Shown here: piece after piece, positions 31,501 to 43,000 of the stretch | Numbering within the stretch: the stretch's first letter is position 1 | Layout of the letters: every line of letters starts with the position of its first letter | DNA from: Amoebophrya sp. A120 | Lineage: Eukaryota > Protista > Dinoflagellata | Reading direction: 5' to 3' | Assembly: GCA_905178155.1 (NCBI GenBank) | Contig: CAJINV010000001.1 | Coordinates: 11,381,571-11,445,570 of the forward strand | Length of the DNA: 64,000 nt | Program-made: the position numbers and the translations under genes | Notes under the pieces: model-generated | Told to the model about the DNA's origin: nothing | Database searches by the model: none | Seen by the model: only the letters and a program-made list of their open reading frames with translations

Positions 31501-34500
31501 GTGCGCGACGGAGGGGAGACGCTTGCACAGTTCCGACTTTGCGAAGTGGAGCGTGTCCAGCATGGCGAGCAGCTTTTCCTCGAACGCAAGAAGAACACTG
31601 GGCAAAAGTTGCCCGGGGTCGTAGGTGTCTTGGAGCAAGCTCAGCACTTTCTCCATCTCCCTCGCGTACCGCAAACCGGACTCAAGGGCGTTCAAATACC
31701 ACCCGGAGCCGATCAGCTTGTCGATCAGAACCGCGGCGAAGCCCCAGCACTTCTCCACCTCATCGAAGAACCCCTTGGCGCTGACCTGCATCTGCAGCAC
31801 CTTTCCGATGTGCGTGAAGGCCTCCAGTTCCAAAAGCCTGCAAAGCTTGCCGACCTTCTCCACGTTTACCGTTCCCGCGGCCAGCTCGGCCAAAACCGAG
31901 GCCTGCATGCGTTTCGAGGGCGCGCCCCCGCGGAACCCGCCCGGTGCGGAGGAAAACGCCGCGCCCGTCATCACCGAAGAAGCGCCGCCCGGACTGAACG
32001 CGCCGGTGATGTTGTTTTGCGCAGCAGCTGCCCCGACACTTCTGCCCGAAGAGCCCGAGGGCGCAATGTTGCCGCGGCTGCGCTTCGACATCGGGCTGAC
32101 GGCCGGCGATTCTGACGGCACCGGCTGTGCCGTGCCGCCCGACGGGACAATCGCGGGCTCGCTCAAAATGCCCGCCGCCAGCTGCTGGTGCTTCAGCATG
32201 GCTTGAGATGGCGAGAGCTCCGCGTTCCGCACTTCCCTGAAATACGCCAAGCCGGACGACAAAAGGTCTTCGACGAACACGTTCGGCGCCTGCAGCTGCT
32301 GGTACGCAGCCTGTGCCAGGTCCACCACGTCGATCAGGAGCAAAACCTCCATGCCCTGCACCCGGTACTGCAGGCGAAGAATCTCGCGCAGAACTAGTTC
32401 TGCCCTGCCCTCGGCGATCAGCACCTTCGCCTGCAGGATACTCGCCTCCCGGAACATTCTCGTGTCGCCATAACACCGGGCGTGGTACCGCGTTTCGGCC
32501 AGAAGCTTCCCGGCCAAGCTGTACTCCCCGATTTCGAAGCACTCCTCGGCAATGAGCAACCAGATTTCGCAGACCTTGATCTTGTCCGAGCACCGCAAGG
32601 CCTCGGCGCGGGAGTCGTCGGCGAAAACCGAGGAGAGATCCAAGGATTCCGGGTCCAGCAGGTTCTTGTCCTCTATGGGATCCTTTTCACCGCGAAGTAA
32701 CTTCGTCAAATCGTCCTCCTTCACAGTAGCTTGCTCGGGCGGGGCCGTCTCGCCCTCCTGCTCCCCACCGGGTTCCGCCGAGGCGGCATCTGTTTTTGAA
32801 CACAGAGGTAGTTTTGATCTGTTTTTCATTTTCTTTTTCAAGCAAAAAATAAACGTACTTCTAGTTCTAGTACAGCAGTAGCAGTACTTTCAGTTGAGAT
32901 AAGCAGATCTCTTTTGTATTTGTCGTGGCGACGTGCTATGTATGCTTGCTCACCTGGCTTTTTCTCTTCCACGACAACCCTCCTTGCAAACGCCGCGTCT
33001 GCCTCCTGTCTGAAGTCCGGCAGGGTGGATTCTATCTTGTACAAAAAGTCGCTTCCCATGGTCCAGTGCTTTGTCGCGTCTTCGAACAGCCGCAGCAGGT
33101 GGCAGAACCGGCTGCGCTTCAGGGCAAGCAGGCAGTCCAGGGTCTTCTTGACCGTCAGCTTGCGGTCTTCGCGTAACTTCTTCTGCTCCTTCTCGAACAC
33201 GGTCATTTTTCCGACCTGCTCCGGCGTCATCGCGGCATTCACGCGCGCAATGTCGGCCAACTCCAGACCCCAGTACTGGTTCACCAGGAGTTGGTGCAGG
33301 TCCAGCACCGGGAACAGGTGGGAGTAGTAGGCCTGCTGCTCCAGCGTCTTTTCCAAACGGATCAGCGCCCAGAAGGTCAAGATCGGTTTCGCGAACATGC
33401 CCGGATTCCCGGCGTAGAAGTATTCCTCGACGGTTTGGTTTTCGATGTCCGCGACCGTGGGCAGGCCGCGGTTGACCATCGTGAGAACGACCTGAAAATT
33501 CGTTTTGGCGAACGCCACGCGATCGAGCAGAATCACCGAGTTTTGCTTCTCCAAGTCCGACATTTCCTTCGTACCAAACTCGGCCGTGTCGTACGCCTTG
33601 CCGTACGCGCAGAAATCGTCACTGGAACAGCAAAAGGGCAGCGCCATGGGCTTGGCCACCACTGGCTCGTCGGCGACCCCCCCTGCGAGCTGATTCTCCA
33701 GCTTCGCCTTGTTCTTCTCCTGCTCCTCGATCAAGTCCGCAATCTTCTTGCTGTACACGGCCACGGCGCACTGGTTCGCCAAGTCAATCGTGCTCTCGAA
33801 GATGCGGGTGATGAAGTGCACGCAGGCGGATAACGAGGAATGCAAGTCGTCCGCCGACCTGGCGTAGGCCAGTTGCGCCACGTGCGCGCGAAGAATGTGT
33901 TCGTAGTGCAAAGCGTTGAGTTTCTGCGGAATCGCGGTATCGTTCGCATTCATCAGGGCGTTCTTGCTCTGTTTACTGGTGCTCCCCGCGGACGACGACC
34001 TGCTCGGGCCACGGGAGCTGCGGGCACGGCTGATCGCGCTCCCGGCGCCGGCGCCCTTGGACTTCTGGGAGCCGCTGCGCTTGCTCCCGACACTGCCGGG
34101 CTTCTTCGAGGATTTCGGGCCCTTGGAACGCGAACGCCGGCTGCTCACCTGGCTACCAGTCATCGCAGCTTCGTCATCAAGTTGCTCGGCGGCCTGATAG
34201 ATCATGTGAACAGGGACGATACCAACTGGCAGTACTGTTTGACATGAGCTTCAAAATGAAACTGACAATTTTAGAGTTCACAGGAGCATCTACAACTGCA
34301 GGAGAAACGGTCGTGTGGCGCATCTTCATCCATGTTCAAGTTCATACTGCTAGCGACGTTTCGAAGCAAGTCGTGCATCCACGAGTCTAATTACCTGATC
34401 CTCCTCCACATCGAGCAAGAGATCCGCGGCGTGACGCGCGATCTCGTAGGCAGCGAGTTCGTCGCCGCGGGCGGAGAGCCAGTCCGCCAGCTCTAGTTGG

Positions 34501-37500
34501 ACGTCCACGACGGAGTACTGTGACGCTTTTTGCAAAATGTCGATGGCCTTTTTGTACGCGTCTAGCTGCTCCTGCGGCTTCACGGCGGAGTGCGCCAGGA
34601 TGATCCAGATGTTCGCCTGCGCGGTGGCCTGCGACTCCTTCATCTTGCCCATCGCAACCTGCACATTTTTTCCCTGCTTCGATAAGGCGACCATGCGGAG
34701 TGCCCACAATTTCCGCTGGAACTCCGGCGGCACGATTTTGAAGGCGGCATTCAAAACCAGCTGAATCTTGGCCCAGTCCTGCAGGTCCTGTGCGTACACG
34801 GAGTAGGCACTGGAATAGAGCGACAAGAGCAACTCTGGGTCCTCTTGCAACTTCAACGTGGAAAGCACTCGCGCGGCGGTCAGGAGGGGGTTGAGGACGA
34901 ACAACCGGCTTTGCCGATCGGTCTGCAGCAGCGCCGAAGCGACGTTGTACAGTCGTTGCGCGCTGTAGAGTGCCAGATTGCCGTGCAACTCGGCCTCTGT
35001 GCAATGCTCCAGCGCGGCAGCGAACTGCAGAACCGCCGTGCAGCGCAGGGTGGAGACAGAGTTCTTTTCCTGGGCGCTGGGGTTCACGAGGGTAGCCAGC
35101 GAGGCTCCGCACAAGGCGAACGCGGCGCCACGCCAAGCGGACCGCAAATCCGAGCAATGGGCGGGACGACGGGCCACGGGCGTTACGGCTTGGTTCAGAG
35201 TCGGATCGTCCATCTTCGAGGAGGAACTTTTCCTGTTAGATGCGTAGTTTGTAAGATTTTCATTCTCAAATCCTGATTGGGAGATTGCGGAGTGCGCTTT
35301 CAGGCACAACATGGAATAATGTGCTCTATAGTCAAACATGGTTTGTTAGCAAGCCCTATACTTTTTCTTCTCCTTCTTCTCTTCCACCGGTGCCGCTTGT
35401 ATGTTCTGCACATCCAGCCCGCGCAGCGCGCGGATCGCACACATGAGGCCATACTTCGGACCGGTCTTGTTTACGTCCGGCGAAAAGCAGGCCAGGCAAT
35501 TTCGGCCCAACCGGGTCCACAACTCGAGGAATAAAGTCGCCTCTTCTTCGTCCTCAAAGCGAGGTTGCCAGGTGTTCAGCAAGTCTACGCACTGCGTCAC
35601 CAAGGGCATGACTTTCTCGTTTTGCTGCGTCACGACCGTGATCTGTTCGCAAAGCTTCGTCACGTCCCCCTCAATCCGCAACTCGGTTTTCCGGTTTCCC
35701 TCCAGCGCAAGAGGTTCTCCGCCGAACTGCATATCCGGGTATAGGAGTTTGTGACTCTCCGCCGCGGCGGCGGAAACGCTTACCGCAGTCGCCGGGCCCT
35801 GCAGCGCCAACGCGGACTTCGTCAGTCTGGCGGCCACCTCCTTCCTGGCGGTCTTGCGCAACTTCGTCAGGAGCGCTTGCAAGATCGGGTCGGTCGCGAC
35901 GGGGGGTAGATCCGGCTTGTCTGAACCCGCGTTCACCGAAGTCCCGCTCGCGCTTGCGAAAAACGCGTAGCTGTCCATGTAGAGCAGAGACAAATTTCGC
36001 AAAACTGTCGACTGACTGTTGATGAAGTACTTGTCCGCGAACTGTAGACAGCCACGCACGCCCCGGAAAAAGTCGTTGAGAAACAGAAGCGGCGGCACGG
36101 GGTCCGGATTCTGTCCGAGCGATTTCGCAATCGCCGCGTCGTTGTTGCGCTGCTGAAATTCCGCCATCACGTCGAAAAGCGATAGATGGAAGTTCCAGAA
36201 ATGCACTATGCCGTTGAAGACTAGCCATCCCTGTTGAAATCGGTCGGCGATCTCCAAGCCGTACAGAACTAAATCAACAATGGTTCGCTTCGTCGCGTTG
36301 CGCTCGGCGTACTCTTCCGGCTCGAGCTCCACCATCGGCTCCTCGTCCTCCTCGGTGCCGGAGAAAAGCGCGTAGACGGTTTCCTCTGCGATCCCGCAAA
36401 CGGAATCCAGTTCCTCGCACAGCACTTCCGCTTTGCGGAACGCGACCTGCGCGAGCGCGACCGCCGGCTCGATCTCCGCGGGCCAGGGGCCAAATTTGAG
36501 GAACTTTTCGATGAACAACGCCCGGTCGCACATTTCCAGTACGTCCTTGTACGGCATCTTCTTCTCCCAGGCCCGCGCGCTGCACTGCGCGAAGAAAAGC
36601 GCGATCAGCTTCATCTTCTCGATCCCGATTTCCCGGTCGCTTTTCGCCCTCGTGTCCATGGAGTTCACCGACACCGTCACGTCCGTCGTCGCGGGAACGA
36701 CCGTGCAGGGGGCGTGCGCCGGGTTGTAGGGCGTGATGGGTTTCGTCGGCTCGTCGATCCACTGCGGAAGCTTGACGTACTTGTGCCGCAGCATGTCCTC
36801 GTTGATCTCTTTGTACAATGGCTCGAACTCCTCGACCAACAGCTTCTGGTAGGCCTTCCTGATCACGTTTGCCGTGATCGGTTCCTGGTCCAGCCACAGC
36901 ATGATTTGGTCCAACGACTCCGGGTCGTCGTACAGGTTCAGTTTCCACTTCAGCAGGTGGCTCAAGGGGTTCACTGCCTGCGTCCGCATGCGCCGGGTGA
37001 AGGGGTTCGGATCCAGTTGCGTACCGGTCTTCGCCAGTTCTGCTTCGTCGGCTGGTTTCGGCTTCTCCGCGTCCTTCAGCTCCCGGTCGACATTACGCGT
37101 CTCGTCCAACGCCTTGGCCTTGTTCAGCTCTTCTTGGCCCTTCGTGAGCAAGTCGGAGGCCACTTCGCACCTGGCAGCCTCGTAGTGCAGCAACGTGCGG
37201 AGGATGAACAGGTTGGACTGTAGTTCCGCGAGCACTTCCGCGGCCCGCGAGAGCGATTTGTGCACTTGCGCGCGGTACTTCGTTTGGAGGAGTGGGACCG
37301 AAAAGTTGTAAACCAGGGTCGCCGATTCCTCGACCAAGTCGAGGGATTCTATGCGCTTCCCGGCGACGATGCACTGCTCGCAGAGGCGGACTGCCTGCAT
37401 ATCCAGTGCAAATATGTCTGGGTCTGGAAGAATGCAACTTGTGAGGCGCATTTCGGAACACAGAAAAATCTCTCATGCATAGGCAGCAAAAGTTGCCCGC

Positions 37501-39193
37501 TTTCTGTCACCAAAATGGCGGACTTGTCATGCAGATTCAGCATTGTGGAAGCTTCGCGAAACCTGTGATGCTAGAGCTTCCATGCCAGACCTTCTGCGTC
37601 ATGCAAAAACAGCATGGCCCTTCCAGACCCAGACATTTTTGCTTTTGATACTGCACGCGCGCGGAAACTTCCCGCTCCCACTGCTCTTCCGGCGAGAGCA
37701 CCATTCCGGTCTCGGCTTTGTACTCGATCAGGTTGCAGGCTGGTTTAGTTTTTATTCTTCGTCGAAATCACAGCTCGAAGACCCCTAAGAACAACGGAAA
37801 ACCGATAGAAAAGCAAGACGGTGCCGAGTTAGAAAAATGAGCACCCAGTAAGTATCTATACCGTTCCACACATCGATTTGCGACTTGGCCATGTCAATCA
37901 AAATCCTGCCTCTTGGTGGTGGCGCGCGCAAAAGGAGTATTCTGGCGTACATGGTCCTGGCCAGGTTGAAGTTGCCCGCGGTCGTTGCGGCTTTGAGCGC
38001 GCCGGCAAGCTTGATCTGCACGTCGGGGATGTTTAGGTCGTTGCCCGGTCGTTCCACGTACGCCTTGCCCTGGCTCTTCCAGAACTCGTCGAAGGCTTTG
38101 TCGAAGCTGACCCAGTACTTCACCAGCTCTCCCTCCACCTCGTTCGGCGCCGAGATCCCCTTGTTCTGAATGAAGAGCGTCACCGAGTGCGGATCTTGAC
38201 CCAGCACTGGCTTCGCGTTGCCGCGGAACATGTGGGCACGAGCAGCTTCCACGAGGGGGCGGACCCAATGCGGAAGCTCCACCTGATATCATTCCTCGGT
38301 GGTAGATTTTTGTGAAGATCCAGATGCAACGCAAAACTGTACTAAGTATTGCTGAATACCGCCGTATAAGCGAACTGCCTCCTTTAGACTCCCCTGTAGT
38401 AGCAAGACTCAAACCTGTCAGCTATGATCGAACAAACCATGCATTTTTATACTGCAGGGTCCGCTTCCACCGTCTTTACCACATTGAGCGCTTCGTCCAG
38501 CAGCTTTTGCGCATCCGCCGTCTGGTTGTTATCGTCCAGCCCGAAGGCTAAATTCAGCAGAAATTCGATGCGCCACTGCAGGGCTACCGGGGAGCGACTC
38601 TGCACGTACCCGTCCACTTGCGAGGTAATCGTCGTCAATGCGGTCAAAAGTTCCCGCGTCTCTTCCAGCACCCGGTTTTGCCAGCCGTTTATTCGGCACA
38701 GCGGGCGAACCAGGTCCCAGTACAGCAGTGTCGCGTTGTAGACAATGAAGTTGTACCTGGATTTGAATTCCGCCTGCTCCGCAATCTTGATCGCCTGGCG
38801 CAGGTAGGACAACGCGTGCTTTACCTGCACCACCAAGTGGTCGCCCTTCATCTCCGCGAGGTTCTTCTTCGCCTCCACCTGGGCACGCACAAGCAACCCG
38901 CGCGCGACCCATTGGCTGTTGCTGGCAGTGCACCGATCGAAAAGATCCAGCGCGCGCTCGATGTTCGTGACGTTGAGCGGCGGAGGCACGAGCAAGGCAA
39001 CCTCCGCGTACTGGACCAGCAGATCCGCGGAAAACTCATTTTCGAGAAACTTGTCAAAGTTCGTGTTCAGAATCGCGAACGCGTTGCGGACGAGCGGGCG
39101 GATGTTCCCGAGCACCGAAGTGTCCTTGGATTCCTCCCGCGCCCGGGTCACCAGGTACCGCAGGTGGAAATCCGTCGACGCGCTGCTCGGCAT
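28539..39193 (-). CDS. CFAP46: Cilia- and flagella-associated protein 46 (central-pair TPR protein), ~9 exons
   Basis: N-terminus FSADLLVQYAEVAL...RYNFIVYNATLLYWDLVRP, then YNFSVPLLQ...LRTLLHYEAARCE, and C-terminal LILLLDDMLFDLPLEHL...VTRDVAL resemble CFAP46. Collinear ORFs are joined by GT-AG introns plus one TIR intron. Confidence 0.85.
37400..37650. mobile_element. TIR introner family A (251 bp) in CFAP46, perfect TSD ctgca
   Basis: tatccagtgcaaatatgtctgggtctggaag / cttccagacccagacatttttgcttttgata. Removal gives EVSARVQAVRLCEQC. Interior matches the reverse complement of 14215-14478. Confidence 0.95.
38283..38452 (-). other. GT-AG intron retaining TAT...ATA inner termini (candidate domesticated introner)
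   Basis: Minus strand GCA|G-TATAAAA...GAATGATA-TCAG|GTG; in-frame join ADPA/VELP. TIR decayed. Confidence 0.55.
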
Positions 39194-40007
39194 TGTGGGC
39201 GAGGGAAGATGCAAGAAGCGCGAACACGTGGGGTTAGTCGGTAGCAGTGAAACGCCGATCTGTCGTTCTAGCCTTTCGGCTTTTTCCTGTCGGTTGCGAT
39301 CATTTCCGCCATCTTCGCTTTGGTCTCGGATATCCGTAGGCCACCAGGCATGTTGACACTGGTGGGATTGTCGTGGAATTCAAACAAGTGAACAACTTCG
39401 ATAATATTCACCGCCCCCCAACAAGAAGACACGATTCGCTCATCCACTTTAGCCAAAATTGCAACTCTGTTCATCTCCGACACCACAAGCACTGTTCTGA
39501 GGCCTGCCGGCCTGACTGTGGCATTCAAGCTCTCCTCGTCGGCCTACTAGGTGTCTCACTCAACTATTGCAAGCGGTATATTACCCTGACCGCAGGGATC
39601 AAATGTAAAACCGTCCTACCCACATCGCGCAACACGTTGCCAGTGGTCCGTAGCCCGATTGCCGAATGGAGCGGACTTCTTTGAATTTGCAGATTAAGTT
39701 GCAGAACGCCCGCGCGCACGCACGCAGTCGCGCTGGACAACAGGAGCATACATCATAATACATGTACAGGTTTCTCGCACGTGGCACATTTTAGCACTAC
39801 GGCTTACCATGAGCACAAGTGGACTTTTCAGTTTCCGCTTCTGGTGCAGTAAAAGGGTTCCTGTACTAGTCGCAGTGAATGACCACAGGGAACCAGACTC
39901 ATTTTGATTTTGAACCAGCTTCACGCTCGTAGTTCTTCACGCCCCCCGCTTACAACCTCTACAACCACTGCCAGTTCCTCACTGACACCATTCACCTGCG
40001 TGTGCCC

Positions 40008-43000
40008 TCATGGCTCGCCCTGTAGCGCCCTGTAATCGTCGTCGGACAAGACGCGCATCGTGGGGATCATGCAGCACATGCAGAAAGAGCACAGGAAACT
40101 GAAAAACGCGACCATGCCGCCAATCAGGTGCGTGAAGGCCAGCCAGGTCGTCCAGGTCTCCAGTCCGGGGAGGTACTCTACGCGGAACTGCTCCTGGCCC
40201 TGGACCTCCCAGGGGCGAAGCTTACACTGCTGGAAATCCGAGTCCAGCAGGTCGTTCCACCACTTCTTACCGAAGTTGGCTCCGGTTACCCCGTCCTCCT
40301 CGCCTTTCTTGCGGTCCGCTGCGGCGACTGCGACCTGCGCGGCGTCGTCCGCATCCAGGAGAATCTGGGAGTTGGTGGTCTTCTCGTTTTTTAAAGCACC
40401 TACAACTGATGATGCTGACGGAAGTGTCGTTTGGTCCAAGAGAATAAGTGCGCCCGTGGCAGAGTGCGAGAGCGTCGCCGTGTGCACTTGGTCCTGCTGG
40501 GAAGTTCTTGTGCGTCCATGATTTGCTGCTGCTGTGCTTGTAGATGAGCCTCCGAGCTGGTTTGCGATCAGAGAACGGGCCGTGGCGAGCAATGACGTCG
40601 ACGCTGATTTGTCGTCAGCTGCAACGCGAGAGGTCGAAGATGAAGATGATCTACCCACGGCGTTCGTTCTCGGGCCATTCCCGTTATTTCCTCCAGAATT
40701 ACGTGCACTATCGCCCTCAAGTGCGTTCGAGGCAGCATGGATATCGCGCTGAAACCTGTCCGCAAGCCGCTTGGAATCTTCCTCCTCTCTTCGCGCGAAT
40801 TCCTGCGCTGCTTCAACATCCGTTCGAGCGATGTGGGAAGCGATGTCGCCTACCTAGAAGAAGTTGCGGATTGATTGAAGTAAGAGGAGGCACGGGCCTA
40901 GTCTACTCCTGCACAAGACTGAATGTTCTGTCGACTCACGTGACCCTAAATGACGTGTACGACTACTTACGAGAAAATGAAAAGTGGCTACATTCTAGTC
41001 GTACACCGATGAAGCATTCACTAGAACAGTCATACCTGCGACTGGACTTTGATCTCCGCGTTCGTCACTTGTGTGTCGGAACGCAAAAAGCCCTTCACCC
41101 ATTTAGTCAGGAAATCTTTCGTGTTGTTTGCCCCGCTGTTGAGGAAGTCCCGCACGCCCGCCACCATGTCTCCGAAAGACAAAGCTTCCTCCTTTTCCTT
41201 GGGCGTTAGGTTTGGGTGCTGATCGTCTACTTGCGATGGTACTTCTGCTTCTGCTAGGAGGAGTGCCTGTTTTACACTTGCAGCAGAAGTGCGTACTTCA
41301 CTCTTTTCTTGTTGCGCTGTCGACGGAAAGAGCTCCTCCTTGCGTTTCGCGATTTCGTGGCCGAGGTTGCTCAGGTGCCCAAGAGCGCTGGCCTTAGTTT
41401 GTGAAAAATCCAATGCCGGGAGGACGGGTTTCACCACACTGGCAATGCTTGGAAGAACGGCGTCGCGCAGCTGCGGAAGAAAGCGGGAGTCTGAAAATGT
41501 TCGTAATGACAATACTTAGGCAATCTCCGCTACATTTTCCAGTTACAGTTTGCAACTTCTCGGACCTCGGCTGGAGTGCTCGCCGCCGACCTCCGTTCGA
41601 CGTCCGACCAAGTCCCCGCCATCAGTTCGTCATATGACGAACTGATGGCGGGCACCTCCAGCCAAATCCGACCAGCTGCCCACCATCAGTTCGCTATATA
41701 GCGAACTGATGGCGGGCAGCACCCGGAGGTCCGACCAGGTGATCCAGGTGATCCGACCAGCTGCCCGCCATCAGTTCGCTATTAGGCGAACTGATGGCGG
41801 GCAGCACCCCGAGGTCCGACCAGGTGATCCGACCAGCTGCCCGCCATCAGTTCGCTATTAGGCGAACTGATGGCGGGCAGCACCCCGAGGTCCGACCAGG
41901 TGATCCGACCAGCTGCCCGCCATCAGTTCGCTATTAGGCGAACTGATGGCGGGCAGCACCCCGAGGTCCGACCAGGTGATCCGACCAGCTGCCCGCCATC
42001 AGTTCGCTATTAGGCGAACTGATGGCGGGCAGCACCCCGAGGTCCGACCAGGTGATCCGACCAGCTGCCCGCCATCAGTTCGCTATTAGGCGAACTGATG
42101 GCGGGCAGCACCCCGAGGTCCGACCAGGTGATCCGACCAGCTGCCCGCCATCAGTTCGCTATTAGGCGAACTGATGGCGGGCAGCACCCCGAGGTCCGAC
42201 CAGGTGATCCGACCAGCTGCCCGCCATCAGTTCGCTATTAGGCGAACTGATGGCGGGCAGCACCCCGAGGTCCGACCAGGTGATCCGACCAGCTGCCCGC
42301 CATCAGTTCGCTATTAGGCGAACTGATGGCGGGCAGCACCCCGAGGTCCGACCAGGTGATCCGACCAGCTGCCCGCCATCAGTTCGCTATTAGGCGAACT
42401 GATGGCGGGCAGCACCCCGAGGTCCGACCAGGTGATCCGACCAGCTGCCCGCCATCAGTTCGCTATTAGGCGAACTGATGGCGGGCAGCACCCCGAGGTC
42501 CGACCAGGTGATCCGACCAGCTGCCCGCCATCAGTTCGCTATTAGGCGAACTGATGGCGGGCAGCACCCCGAGGTCCGACCAGGTGATCCGACCAGCTGC
42601 CCGCCATCAGTTCGCTATTAGGCGAACTGATGGCGGGCAGCACCCCGAGGTCCGACCAGGTGATCCGACCAGCTGCCCGCCATCAGTTCGCTATTAGGCG
42701 AACTGATGGCGGGCAGCACCCCGAGGTCCGACCAGGTGATCCGACCAGCTGCCCGCCATCAGTTCGCTATTAGGCGAACTGATGGCGGGCAGCACCCCGA
42801 GGTCCGACCAGGTGATCCGACCAGCTGCCCGCCATCAGTTCGCTATTAGGCGAACTGATGGCGGGCAGCACCCCGAGGTCCGACCAGGTGATCCGACCAG
42901 CTGCCCGCCATCAGTTCGCTATTAGGCGAACTGATGGCGGGCAGCACCCCGAGGTCCGACCAGGTGATCCGACCAGCTGCCCGCCATCAGTTCGCTATTA

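Noticed and set aside
37395-37655. Canonical GT-AG reading of the CFAP46 TIR intron
   Set aside because: Using both the GT and the AG removes one base too many and shifts the frame.
9118-39356. Long plus-strand ORFs (for example 9118-10071, 23069-24184, 38618-39244)
   Set aside because: Antisense shadows of GC3-biased minus-strand genes.
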